In this document: piece after piece, positions 1-12,169 of the stretch | Layout of the letters: each line of letters begins with the position of its first letter | Numbering within the stretch: the stretch's first letter is position 1 | Assembly: GCF_006345805.1 (NCBI RefSeq) | Contig: NC_043004.1 | Location: 68,014,001-68,078,000, forward strand | From: Octopus sinensis | Taxonomy: Eukaryota | DNA: 64,000 nt | Direction of reading: 5' to 3' | Program-made: the position numbers and the translations under genes | Notes under the pieces: generated by a model | Database searches by the model: none | The model's input: only the letters and a program-made list of their open reading frames with translations | What the model was told of the DNA's origin: nothing

Positions 1-312
1 ATATTGGCTACTGTACTGGACACTCTGTAGCATTTTGTGTGAGTCTCTTATAGTTAGAAACTCAGAGCGAATTCTTAAATTTTACACTCAGTTCATTATT
101 TCGTAGGATCTTAATGGCTGATGTATAGTGCAGTGTTGATCATTTTGTAAATCGCTATATATTGAAGTCCGATATCGATACTCCGGTTCATCGCAAATCA
201 AGATCACAACTCATTGATAAAATCGTGTGGATGTGGTTCTATGGATGTGCCTATGAAGTCAAAGCAACATGGGAAATTAAGCTTCGAATATAATAAATAA
301 TAGATGCGCTCT

Positions 313-553
313 GTTAAAGCCTAGCCAGGCTCATGGGCCTGGTTTCCCGGTTTCTATGGCGTATGTGTTCCCCAGCTGGACGGGACGCCAGTGCATCGCA
401 GCGTTTTCTCATTTTTGCCAGCTGAGTGGACTGCAGCAACGTGGAATGAAGTGTTTTGTTCATGAATACAACGCGTCGCCTGGTCCAGGAATTGAAACCA
501 CACCCTTACGATCATGATGCTGACACCCTAACCAATAAGCCACGCGCCTCCAC
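313..553 (-). mobile_element. tRNA-derived SINE (head/middle module A + tail module X)
   Basis: The minus strand reads gtggaggcgcgtggcttattggttagggtg (A-box) ... ggtttcaattcc (B-box). A CORE-like middle follows (gacgcgttgtattcatgaacaaaacac...cactcagctggc). The tail ...actggcgtcccgtcc...gaaacc...atgagcc is shared with 51758-52085 and 54447-54702. Confidence 0.8.
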
Positions 554-859
554 TAAGTTTCGCATTTAGTGAACACCAAAAGAGAATGGATTTAAGTAAA
601 TCCATGCTAATAAATTATTAAGAACTGAAACATCCATGTTCCAAAACATGTCAGCGGTGTGCATCTGGATGCACAAGATAACATCACAAACAATAGCTGG
701 CAAATGAAAATCAGGTGATCTAATCCGACACAGGTAGTGTCTTATATTTTATGTTCTTTTATCTTCTTTTAACCATATAATATTTACTGCACTTCGCATT
801 TTCATCTGTGTAAATATCAAATTAAAATCGTTGCTATGATCGACATCATGCTGTGGACA

Positions 860-1010
860 AAATGCTTAGCGGTGTTTCTTTAGGTTGCACAGTTTAATTT
901 CAAATACCGCCGAGGTCGACTTTACTTTCATTCCTTCAGGCTTGATAAAATAAGTGCGAGTCAAGCACTGAGGTCGACGTAATCCGCCAAAAGTTTAGGT
1001 CTTGTTGAAG
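860..1010 (+). mobile_element. SINE family M fragment (Meta-domain-like)
   Basis: Matches ttcaaattccgccgaggtcgactttgcctttcatcc...gtcgataaa..aagtaccag, which occurs more than 15 times in this window. The Meta-domain label is recalled, not searched. Confidence 0.7.
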
Positions 1011-1026
1011 AAAGAGTTATTATTAT

Positions 1027-1552
1027 TATTACTGAGTGAGAGAGCAGTGCATGCCATCAAAATGACACTGGGGTAAAATATACGAAGCCCAGTATACCCA
1101 TCATGACTACCCGTCTGATAAGGGTACACCAGGCACATGCATCACAACCATATGTGCGCGACATGGTGATCTCATATCAAGATAAACAGCACATGACCTT
1201 GCAGGTGGGGCCCAGTTAAAATTTTCTTCTGGTCGAGTAACCTATCCTGTGCAAAAGGTCCCTGAATAAGGATTGTTTAAAGATGTTGAACGAACCACCC
1301 ATGTTTCCAAAGGTAAGTTATTCAATTCCCAAAGAATTCCTTTCAACACGTGGCTATGATGCTCCCCCACTACCTCTGCTCGTGATCAGAGATGCACATA
1401 TCGTCAGCCACTAAGCGACATGGTGAACTGGTTAAGGTGAAACAACTGACAAGCAAATCTGTGGTATTGAGCAGAATATTTGCTGTAGCCCATCTTTTGT
1501 ACCAAGACAAAACAATGTACATGAGAAACACTTCCAATCAGTTAAGATCAGG
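1027..1552 (-). mobile_element. Unclassified ~520-bp interspersed repeat ending in a (TAA)n tail
   Basis: Collinear diverged copy at 6258-6745. Both copies abut (TTA)n on the + strand. No recognisable ORF. Confidence 0.7.
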
Positions 1553-1554
1553 GG

Positions 1555-1573
1555 CCATTATTATTATTATCAT

Positions 1574-1632
<59 letters not shown>

Positions 1633-1839
1633 TATGACAATGTTTACGAGAATGATCATGGTAGCTATGTTGCTTCTAATAGCCACGGAAATAATGATTT
1701 GTCGGGGATTGTAATGCGAGAGCAGTTGTGGTGATGCTGATGTGATAATGAGACTGTAGTGATAGGGGTAATGGTAAAACAAATGATGAGAGAAACGAAG
1801 GAAACTATGCTGAATGCGTGGGTTGGCGATGATAAGCAA

Positions 1840-1877
<38 letters not shown>

Positions 1878-2305
1878 CAGTGACGATGAATTTGGTGATC
1901 ATAAGGTAGGGTTAGTGGTAGTGGTCATGGTAGTGATGAAGATGGCTAAGTGATGACGATGCTGGTGGTGCTGGGGATGCTGCTGTTGGTGCTGGTGAGG
2001 CGATGTACATGAAGATGGTGAACGGTTCCTATGACAAAATAATAACCATGATCACGAAGAATATGACAGCAATGAGGAATGTGACGCTAATGATAGTTAG
2101 GCTGTTGATGGTGATGACAGTGAAGATGATGGTGATCGTTATCATAAGCATCATTATCATCATCATCATCATCGTCATCATCGTAATTACCATCATATCA
2201 TCTTCTCCATCGTCGTTATTATCATTATCAGCTGCAGCATGATTTTGACTATCATCGTCGTCGTCTTCATCGCCATCATCATCATCATCATCATGATCAT
2301 GATTG

Positions 2306-2336
<31 letters not shown>

Positions 2337-2346
2337 TATTTTCATC

Positions 2347-2377
<31 letters not shown>

Positions 2378-2385
2378 CCATCACT
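1555..2385. repeat. Compound trinucleotide low-complexity region (TTA, AGT, GAT, CAT)
   Basis: Visible directly. It generates the poly-S/I/D/Y ORFs in the track. Confidence 0.95.
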
Positions 2386-2929
2386 ATTGGTTCGTTTTAT
2401 AGAGTCACGAATAACAAGATTTGAAAGGAAATGACGAACGAGTAAATATGCGAACAACCTTAATGAGACTTTGGTAATTAAGCGAATTTAAGGAAGCAGG
2501 TATCATGAAGGAAAATGCAATCTTGTTGTCAAAGACATGACAGCCAAAATAGTGCTAAAGTAGAGGCCGACTGAACAAAGGAATTTGTCTGAAACAATAA
2601 CTCAAATTAAAGAGCCATAACGCCAGAAAATTGTTTGCCAACATGAAAGGAGACTCACTTCGATGGCAGACATGATATTTCGCTAATATATTATAAAACG
2701 AAATGAACATATACACATGCATAAAAAAAAATGAACACACACGTACACGCATTTACACAAACATATGTGTATATATGTATCTGTGTCTGTACATACATAC
2801 CATTATGATATGTATATGCTTTTCTACTCATGTATACATTTGGGTGTACTTGTGTGCCTGTACTTAAATATGCATACGAATTACATATATGTATGTAACT
2901 ATATCTGTGTGATGTATATGCGTATATAT

Positions 2930-2970
2930 ATTTATATAAATATACGCATATATATATTTATATAAACATA

Positions 2971-3053
<83 letters not shown>

Positions 3054-3109
3054 TATATACATATGTATGAATGTATGTATGTATGTATGTATGTACGTAT
3101 GTATGTATG

Positions 3110-3153
<44 letters not shown>

Positions 3154-3235
3154 TATATATACATATATATATATATGTATGTATGTATGTATGTATATAT
3201 GTATATGGATATGTATATGTATGTACATATACATA
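2930..3235. repeat. (AT)n/(TATG)n microsatellite
   Basis: Visible directly. Confidence 0.95.
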
Positions 3236-3588
3236 ATTAATGTCAAGTAATTTTGGAAACGAACGAAATGGAACATTAAATACGGTGTTTAAAAATATTT
3301 TAGCCAAAAATTTCATTCAGCAACAATAAAAATAAATCAAATTTAAATGATTCTTCCAAATTTTCTCTTCTCTCATTCTCGTTGTTTTTTTTAGTTTTTC
3401 TGTAATTATTTGTTTATTTATTTTTGCACGTGATTGATTATTTGCTATATTTCTGATTATATTTGTTTACGGATGTTTGTTTACATTATATTATTATTGT
3501 GTAATGTTTTATGGTATTTGATATTTGCATATTTACGAAAATATATTTTTTCTGTAATTATAAACGTACGTACTCGTCGTCTCTGTAG

Positions 3589-3681
3589 TAGTTAATGGAC
3601 ATTCCCCAATCCGGATCATATTTGTTGATGTTATTAACATTGATTTAGACAGTGTTGAAAACCAAATAATTACAGGAAAAA
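3589..3681 (+). CDS. Candidate isolated internal exon (phase 1-1, 93 nt): VNGHSPIRIIFVDVINIDLDSVENQIITGK
   Basis: T-rich tract at 3360-3560, acceptor gtctctgtag at 3588, an open non-repetitive frame, and donor aaaa|gtgaga at 3682. No homology confirmed. Confidence 0.25.
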
Positions 3682-4274
3682 GTGAGAGACGAAGATTGAC
3701 AGAATAAGAGAGAGACTGGCAGAGATAGAGAGAGAGAAAGGGAGGGAGATGAAGGTAGAAGGAAAATGCTGAAAAACGTTCTTTGTGTGTTGGTTTGATC
3801 CGGGTTTCATTGCACCAAAAATCAAGCATAAAACTATAATGGAGGATTTCCCTGCGAATCTATTACAAAAATAATAAAACAGTTACATTGATATACTTGA
3901 AATTCTTATGAGCAGATTTCTTTTACATGTAGGAAAAACATATTCGTCATAGATTCAATGCCATATACATACGGTAATGGAGAAGTCAATTAAACTGATC
4001 CAGTAATTAAGTATTTTATTATTTGAAGAAAGTCCTGCCGGTGCAAGTTGAAAAGTACGCGTGATTTTGGTTGACATTTCAACGCAGAGCGCACTAAAAC
4101 TCATCACAGAAAACGCATTTTGCTCAATACTTCAAAAATTCTGCTCATAAATCAAGAAAACTAGATACAATATGTTATTATTATTATTATTATTATTTAT
4201 TGTCTTTGCACAGCTTCTAACGCTGGAGATGTACTATGGTGACAACTGGTCACTACCAGTCAAGTAACGTAACA

Positions 4275-4736
4275 CATATATTTGTTTTGCAAGATTTTGG
4301 ATGTGAAATCGTGTGTTGAAACAGATATTGTTATATTTCGGAATGGTCATTTTGCCAGTTTAGCCAATAAAAACACATGCACTATATATTTGGTGTTACT
4401 TTGCTTCAGGGTTATTTATTTTTTATATTAATCTTAATATTATTTCGGCCAGAGTTCCTTCATCACACTGCTGTGACCTCATCAGTGGTCCTTTGCTTTC
4501 TTCTTCCTTATTTGTGTGTCTCAGCTGACCGTTAGTAAGGAGAGACACACAAATAAGAAAGAAGAAAGCAAAGGACCACTGATGAGGTCACAGAAGTGTG
4601 ACGAAAGAACTCTGGCCGAAATAAGATTAAGATTAATGTAAACAATAAATAACGCTGAAGCAAAGTAACACCAAATGTATAGTGCGTGTGTTTTTATTGG
4701 CTAAACTGGCAAAATGACCATTCTTAAATACAACAA
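4275..4736. mobile_element. Fold-back, hammerhead-containing insertion (probably PLE terminal-repeat derived) with 10-bp TSD
   Basis: Inverted arms at about 4326-4522 and 4542-4737 with a 19-nt spacer. taacgtaaca occurs at 4265-4274 and 4737-4746. Each arm carries an HHR motif. Confidence 0.85.
4574..4617 (+). ncRNA. Minimal type I hammerhead ribozyme
   Basis: CCA-CTGATGA-G-GTCACA(GAAG)TGTGAC-GAA-AG(AA)CT-C-TGG. Predicted cleavage after C4612. The mirror copy at 4447-4490 (-) has A15.1>G. Confidence 0.7.
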
Positions 4737-5625
4737 TAACGTAACATAGCTTGTTTTTGGAACACCATCCGGAGTATTCTAGTGGTTCCAAGCAGAGCTA
4801 GGTTCTACAAGTGCTGCACCCTTATTGCAGCCCATATTTGTTCCATGTACTTCTCAAGATTTTACTCACTGTTCCCAGGGCTCCGACAATTATTGTTACT
4901 ATACCACCTCTCTCAGTGCCCACAACTGCTTAACCTCCCATACAAACCTGTTATATATATATCGTCTTTTCTTTCTTCCTTATGAAATACCTTGTTGTTA
5001 CCTGGGCATGCTATATCTATGATCCAGCATCGTTTGCTTTCTTTCTCAATTAACACTATGTGTGGCTTCCTATTCTCTATCTCATGTTCGCAGTGAATCA
5101 TAAAATCACATAGGATCTTTGCATTATCATTTTCGATGATGCCTTCGGGATTATGTTCGTACCACTATTTTGCTCTCTCAAGTCCACACTTGTTGCAAAG
5201 AGTCCAATGGACAATCCTTGCTATATTGTCATGACGTCTTTTATATTATTTCTGGGCTAGTGGTGTGCATTGACTGGTATTATGCCATACGGTTTCACCA
5301 TTTTGTCCACAAATTCTGCACTTAACACTTTCTTATATGTTGTCTATTCTGTATTTGATGTAATTGGTTCTTAATGCTTGCTCTTGGGCATCACCGATTA
5401 GGGCCACCGTTTCCGGTTTTAGATCACTTTTAGTAATCCCTAACAATCTATTTTTTTTCTGTCTGTCTTATCTTAAACATTCCTATGCAATTCTCCATGC
5501 ATTCTTTTCTTTATCAACGTATTTTCAGTTTCATATATTCTCACGTCTTTTATCTTTGCAATCTTCCAACATACAGAAGCCTAACTTTTCTTACTTCCAA
5601 TAATAGCGGTTCTGATCACTATTTT

Positions 5626-5895
<270 letters not shown>

Positions 5896-5905
5896 AATAC
5901 TAATT

Positions 5906-5998
5906 CCTCGGCGGAATTTGAACTCTGAACGTAACGACGGGCGTAATGCCGCTAATGATACTACTAGCTTGCCGCCTTCATAGTAGTAGTAGTAGTAG

Positions 5999-6036
<38 letters not shown>

Positions 6037-6111
6037 TGAAGGCGGCAAGCTAGTAGTATCATTAGCGGCATTACGCCCGTCGTTACGTTCTGAGTTCAAA
6101 TTCCGCCGAGG
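5906..6111. repeat. Near-perfect palindrome of a SINE-M head around a (TAG)n/(CTA)n centre
   Basis: cctcggcggaatttgaactctgaacg...gccgccttcatag is mirrored by ctatgaaggcggc...cgttctgagttcaaattccgccgagg, with one mismatch in the ~75-bp non-microsatellite arm. Confidence 0.95.
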
Positions 6112-6257
6112 TCGACTTTGTCTTTCATCGTTTCGGGGTCGATGAACTAAATAACATTGGAACACCGAGGCCGCTGTAATTGCCCATTCACTTTCCCCAG
6201 GATTTCAGTTATTCTTCCTTAAAATAGGAAAGCTTATTATCAGTAGTGATATTATTA

Positions 6258-6745
6258 TTGACTGAGAGAGAAGCACAGGGCACCAAATCACACTAGGGTA
6301 TAAGATACGAAGCCAATCCCACCCATCATGACTACCCGACTCAGAAGGGTACACCAGGCACATGCATCACAACAAAATTTGCGCGATATAATTTCAGATA
6401 AGGATAAACAACACATAAACTTGTAGGTATGGCACAGTTATAATTTCCTTCCGGTCGAGTAGCTCATCGCGCTAAAAATGCCTCTGAATAAGATTTGTTC
6501 AAGAATTCGGAACGAAACCCCATGTTTCCGGAGATGAATTATTAAAACCCCAAAGAATTTCTCTCAACACATGGCTATGATGCTCCCCCACTACCCCTGC
6601 TCGTGATCAAATATGCACGTATTGTCATCAACAAAGGGACATGCACAACTGGTCATGGTCAAGCAACTGACAAGCACTCTGTGGTATTGAGCAGAATATT
6701 TGCTGTAATGACAACAATTCCAATCAGTTAAGATCAGAAGCTATG
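6258..6745 (-). mobile_element. Second copy of the unclassified (TAA)n-tailed repeat
   Basis: Collinear with 1027-1552. Confidence 0.7.
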
Positions 6746-6977
6746 GGAGCCAGTGCCATAGCGATATTGATTATCTGGTCTTAGAACTCAATATTATCTG
6801 GTGTTAGAACGTAATCTTCAGAAGACAGCGTTATTCGAGTAGAGATACTAAATTAAAGTAAAAATAATGAAATTCTTTGGCAAATTTCTCATTCTTTTAT
6901 AATTTATCATATATCATATTTATCTATTTCTGTATAAATATATACGTATATACATTTAAACAAAGAGAGACAACTAG

Positions 6978-7010
<33 letters not shown>

Positions 7011-7011
<1 letters not shown>

Positions 7012-7290
7012 CAATTGCAGCGTGGAAGGTATTTGTAAGCCATTTAAGAAACACACAAAAGCCGTTCGATTCACTTCAACATTTAAGTTTAACTTGTCAA
7101 AATATTTTCGTCGCTAAAATCCGCGACCTGTTCACTAACAAAAATCCGTACCTAAACGTACGTAAATGTTGAAGTGAATCGAACGGCTTTTGTGTGTTTT
7201 TTAATGGCTTACAAACACCTTCCACGCTGCAATTGTTTTCGTTTCAGCACACGATCTCAGAGCAAATCACTTACTATGCGAGTACATCTC
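7011..7290. mobile_element. Fold-back unit (probable PLE terminal repeat) with 75-bp inverted arms around a hammerhead-like core
   Basis: Arms at 7011-7085 and 7163-7236. It lies immediately upstream of the PLE RT fragment. Confidence 0.7.
7093..7142 (-). ncRNA. Variant type I hammerhead ribozyme (G3:C8 swap)
   Basis: TTGTTA-GTGAACA-G-GTCGC(GGATTTTA)GCGAC-GAA-AATATT-T-TGACAA. Confidence 0.5.
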
Positions 7291-7339
7291 CCTATATATA
7301 TATATATTTACATTAATTATATCTGACTGATGTTTGTCC

Positions 7340-8455
7340 TAATCTTGTTTTTTGTTAACACAACGTTTCCATTAAGACCTATAGTGAGCTGTAGAGGTTC
7401 ACCATGACATCCATTGAGCCTGATCCGCTTCCTTGTGGATACAATCAGTCTATTAGCAAGAAAGTGAACATCGTACGTTAAGGGTTCCACCCACTTCACA
7501 GAATTGATCGAGCGTACCTCCATTGAATCTACCTAGATGATGAGTCTAGATGTGATAAATCCCAACTGGTGAAGCACTATTGGTGATACAAGAAAAACTA
7601 GTGGCAGACACCCATCTAAAAGAACGCACTATTATACTAATAAGAAACTTGATGGAAGGGTACGCCTTCGGTGTAGAAACTACCTACTTCAGTACGAATA
7701 CTGATATATATCGAAAAAATAGGGTTTAGTTATGGTTTCGCTATTATCACCGATAATAGCCAATATATACATGGATACTTTGAGAATTTGACTTTAGTAT
7801 CAACACTACTAAAACCAACCCTATGGTTGCGATATTTTGATGACACCTTTATACTCTGGCCCCACCAGAAAGATGTCCAAGTGTTATTAGATCATGTGAA
7901 CTCAAATAAGCGATCCATACAGATCACAATGGTAAAAGAAAAAGACAATCAGCTAGCATTCCCACCATCCAAACAGTGCAAAGAAAAGGATTGCACAGTG
8001 CCTAAAACATCGAGGAAAGTATATAAGTAGCGACTGTGATATACACCAAGAAGAAATGATCGAGTTCAGTAACAATCTATTAAGGAACAACTACCTCAAA
8101 AACATACTATCCAGTTCAATTATGAAGAAAAGAGAGGGTGAAACCAATAAACTGTCCACAATTTGTCTATGTGAAAGGCCTCTCCGAAAAGATACAAAAG
8201 ATATGCAACCCAAATGACATCAGGACAATATTCAAGAGTAATACAACACTTCGCAAATATCTCATTCGAGGAAAACTACCGATAAAAGAGAATATGACCA
8301 GAGACTACGTGTACTCCATCCCATGCAGCTGTGGAATGTTATACAAAGGAGAAACATGCCGACCCCTCAAAATAAGGGTAGAGAAACATCGCGAAACTGT
8401 GACACGAGGGAATATTGATAAATCGGTTATAGGTGATATGTATGGTCAAATATAC
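7340..8455 (+). pseudogene. Penelope-like element RT + GIY-YIG endonuclease remnant
   Basis: PIVSCRGSP, LLSPIIANIYM, KPTLWLRYFDDTFILWPH, and VYSIPCSCGMLYKGETCRPLKIRVEKH (GIY-YIG). Contains frameshifts and internal deletions. Confidence 0.9.
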
Positions 8456-8507
8456 ATAATGTAAATAATGTACGTAATTCCTCATCTCTTAAATATAGAA
8501 CTATCTA

Positions 8508-9040
8508 TTGGGTTGTCCGGAAAGTTCGTGCCGATTTATAGTAGCTTAGCTTTCGACTTAGTTTAGAACATACGAGTAATTGAGTCCACGAAACAGGATT
8601 TGACTACACAGTTTCAGTTATCTTTTCGTGGAAGAAGGTTTATGTTCCTATAACCTGTGTTAATTCTGTAGCCCTTTAAAGTGGAAGATAAGTTCACTTT
8701 CGGCACTTGGTGCTTTTCCTTTCTGTAAAGGGAAAAATGCCTCACCAGCAACCAAAGAAATATGTGCAGTTTACGGTGATGTTTCTTTACCCGAAATAAC
8801 TTTATGGTAGTTGTTCGCAAGGTTCCGAGCTGGAGATTGTAGCCTTATTGATAAAGAGTAATCAGTCAGACCATCCACTACAGATGATGACCAAATCAAG
8901 TCATGATTTGAGAATAACCCACATTGCACAACCCGATAATTGGCAGAAAGACTCAACCTATCAAAATCCGTCGTTCATGAGCACCTGATAAATCTTGGGT
9001 ACACAAATTGCTACGATGTTTCGGTACCACATGAGTTCAA
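8508..9040 (+). mobile_element. mariner transposon 5' remnant
   Basis: TA followed by TIR-like ttgggttgtccggaaagttcgtgccgattt. Translation RPSTTDDDQIK...LAERLNLSKSVVHEHLINLGY...VSVPHE matches the mariner HTH and WVPHEL motif. Confidence 0.85.
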
Positions 9041-9867
9041 CGATCAAGATATCTCCATTTCCTGCTCATTATATATACATACACGCATTATCCCAACATA
9101 CATATATAAATATATGCATGTGTTTCAAAGACAGAAAAATTTGGCGGGGGAGATAGGTTCAACAATGTTTTAAATCAATACTAATATAAACAAACGACAG
9201 ACTTTAAAATACCATTATTTTCCTCCATAAATGTAATGAAACAGAGATGTCGATTAAGCCATCCACAACTTCACTTCTCACTTGGTCGGTCTACTATAAC
9301 TACTGTTAGACTATAACACATTATCCTTGTGTAAAGGACCGTGAAGAAACATTAAAACGTTTAGCCCTACATTAAAAATGTCGAAAGACATTGTCACGAG
9401 TTGTTTGATTAATGAACATTTCTGTAAGAAGAAAAGAATCTATTTTCGTTGATATTTTCATTTTCTTTTTGTATCTGATCAAATTTTCGCAAAAGAAAAT
9501 TATACTTACAGTTCTATTTTCGTTAGCTATGATCGAAGAAAATTCTTATCTGAAAACCAAACATAATCTTATCTCACAAACATATGTGTATGTTGATATG
9601 TTGTCGAATATTTCTGAAAATGTACAAAAGTAAAACAACAGTGTGCTGTTGTTGTTGTTGTTGTTGTTGGTGTTGTTGTTGTTGTTGTTGTTGTTGTTTT
9701 AAATGCTTAGAAAATTTTTTCTCTGAAAATTTCACCAATTTCTGTTCGTGGCACATCAAATATCCTGTATATACGAAATTAAGGAAGTTTGACATAAAAA
9801 TACTATATCTATTAGAGATTCTGTTTCACTTATATATAATACAGTGATAGCACGTGAGTTCTTGTGT

Positions 9868-10143
9868 AGGATATTCTGCTCCCGATTGTAAGTTCTTGGG
9901 TTCGATGCGGGTCGACGCGTTGTCCTTGAGCAAAATAATTTAATTACCGTTGCTTCAGCCCACTCAGCTGGTAAAAAAGGACCCGGGTAGTCACATTGTC
10001 CGTCATGCCGAATCTCTCCGAGAACTACTTTAAGGGTCCTCGTGTAAGTGGAATACTCAGCTACTTGCATGTTAATTTCGCGAACATGCTATTCCGTTGA
10101 CTGGATCAAATGGAACCCTCGCCCTCATAACCGACGGAGTACC
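9868..10143 (+). mobile_element. tRNA-type SINE, module A middle + tail Y
   Basis: gacgcgttgtccttgagcaaa...cactcagctgg (as in 313-553) is joined to gtcac...gaatctctccgagaactactttaaggg...ttccgttga (as in 21205-21540). Confidence 0.7.
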
Positions 10144-10271
10144 AGTATATATAAAACTACACAGATTTCTCGGATGGGATCTGTAACAATAACATTTATA
10201 ATGTTTCACCTTCGTGGTTCATATAATAGTTTAGGCATTATATGTTTCCGATATCATACTTAACTAAAAAA

Positions 10272-10800
10272 GGTAACGAGCTGTCAGAATCATTAGCACG
10301 CCGGGCGAAATGCTTTGCGATATTTCGTCTGCCGCTACTTTCTGAGTTCAAATTCCGCCGAGGTCGATTTGCCTTTCATAATTTCGGGGTCGATTAAATA
10401 AGTACCAGTTACGCACTGGTGTCCATGTAATCGACTTAATCCGTGTGTCTGTCCTTGTTTGTCCCCTCTCTGTTTAGCCCCTTGTGGGTAGTAAAGAAAT
10501 AGGTATTTCGTCTACCGCTACGTTCTGAGTTCAAATTCCGCCGAGGTCGACTTTGCCTTTCATCCTTTTAGGGTCGATTAATTAAGTACCAGTTACGTAC
10601 TGGGGCCGATATAATCGACTTAATATGTTTGTCTGTCCTCGTTTGTCCTCTCTGTGTTTAGCCACTTACGTTCTAAGTTCAAATTCCGCCGAGGTCGACT
10701 TTTGCTTTCCTCCTTTCGTCGATAAATTTCGTACGAGTTGCGTACTGTGGTCGACTCAATCGACTTGCCCCCTTCCCCAAAAATTCAGGCATCGTACCTT
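10272..10800 (+). mobile_element. Three head-to-tail SINE-M units
   Basis: gttctgagttcaaattccgccgaggtcga recurs at about 10340, 10522 and 10668. Confidence 0.85.
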
Positions 10801-11607
10801 TATGAGAAATAATATACATACTTTATCAACGGTTATCTCATTCTGATCACGTGGAAGTTGTAATCAATCCCACAAAATTATATTTATTAGCATGAATGTA
10901 AAATTTATTATTACTCCACCAGATGTTATTCGTTCTCAAGCAAACATAAGACTGATGGCATTTGCGTCATGGCTTCCTATTCAATATTGTGTATGATCTA
11001 AAGAAACCTTTCTCTTCCATATGGTAGCAGTGAATGGTATATGAGAGATTTGGTTACATTTCCAGCTTCTCTAGCCACCACATAGGATCTCCCTTCTTGA
11101 CATAGCTTAAAATTCTCTGATTGATTTCAAACAGGGCTTCGAAATTAGGGACGAGAATGATGTCAAGCGATGTCATTTCGTGATATGAAATCACTTCCAC
11201 TTACACATCAAAATCCAACAAACAAGGATGTAATACTCGAAATTATCCATTATTTTGCAGATTAAGTTGTTATCAAACATTCGGAGATGTATATTATTCT
11301 CCATACATGCAAGTCAAATACGAATTTTCCACTGCAGTAGTATATTCCATTATGGTAATATATTCCACCAGTTACGCACTAGGGTCGGTGTAATCGACTT
11401 AATCCCTCTGTTTGTCCTTGTTTTCCCCCTCCATCCTTAGACCCCTGTGGGCAATAAATAAATAAATTCCACTAAATTGTAAATTTTGTACTTACTGTTT
11501 ACATGGTCTCGGCACACATATTTAAATGGTCACATAGAATTATTACATATAGCATTTAACGTACCTCAAATTATTATCATATATATTATATAACTGCTTC
11601 GAAATAA

Positions 11608-11701
11608 ATATTGACTGGGAGGTAAGAAGCTTGCTTACCAACCACATGCATCCTGGTTCAGTATCAGTGAGTTGATAGACGGGAACAGAAAGAACCCATC
11701 G

Positions 11702-11767
<66 letters not shown>

Positions 11768-12035
11768 TGTGTGTATGTGTGCGTGTGTGTTTGTATATAT
11801 GCATGTATGTGCTTGTGTGTGTATGTGTGCGTTTGCCTTTGTGTCTAGGTTCTCCCCCACCGCAGCTTCACAACCGATGTGTTGTCTCCACATAATTGAG
11901 CGATTCGACAAAAGACACCGATAGAATAAGTACCAGGCTTTAAAGAATAAGGCCAGCGTTCGATTTGTTCGTCTAAAGCCCGACCAGGCTATGCCCCAGG
12001 ATGGCCACTGCCAAATGGCTGAAACAAGTTAACGA
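11608..12035 (+). mobile_element. SINE family C (tRNA head, CORE-like middle, internal AT/GT microsatellite)
   Basis: ggtaagaagcttgctt.ccaaccacat head; internal (AT)n; tail accgatagaataagtacc. Confidence 0.75.
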
Positions 12036-12169
12036 ATAGTCTTTAAGAATAGTGTTAGTCATATTATTATCATTACATAGTAATTGACAGGTTACATATG
12101 AAGGTAGCATTACATATAATATCTAACTAGCTGCATATTATTTTTATATACCATTTACTCTTTTATTCT

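Larger units (their letters stand above)
4200..5595 (-). mobile_element. R4/Dong-clade non-LTR retrotransposon, 3' fragment (CCHC knuckle + restriction-like endonuclease), degenerate
   Basis: Minus-strand translation gives SDLKPETVALIGDAQEQALRTNY, CRICGQNGETVWHNTSQC, RHDNIARIVHW, HEIENRKPHIVLIEKESKRCWIIDIACP and LLGTTRILR. The 3' end lies at (TTA)n near 4175-4198. It is interrupted by the 4275-4736 insertion. Confidence 0.9.

Noticed and set aside
1392-2457. Poly-S/D/I/Y ORFs, and the many YI/HT/CV/LSIY ORFs across the window
   Set aside because: They are translations of microsatellites that happen to lack stops, with no domain content.
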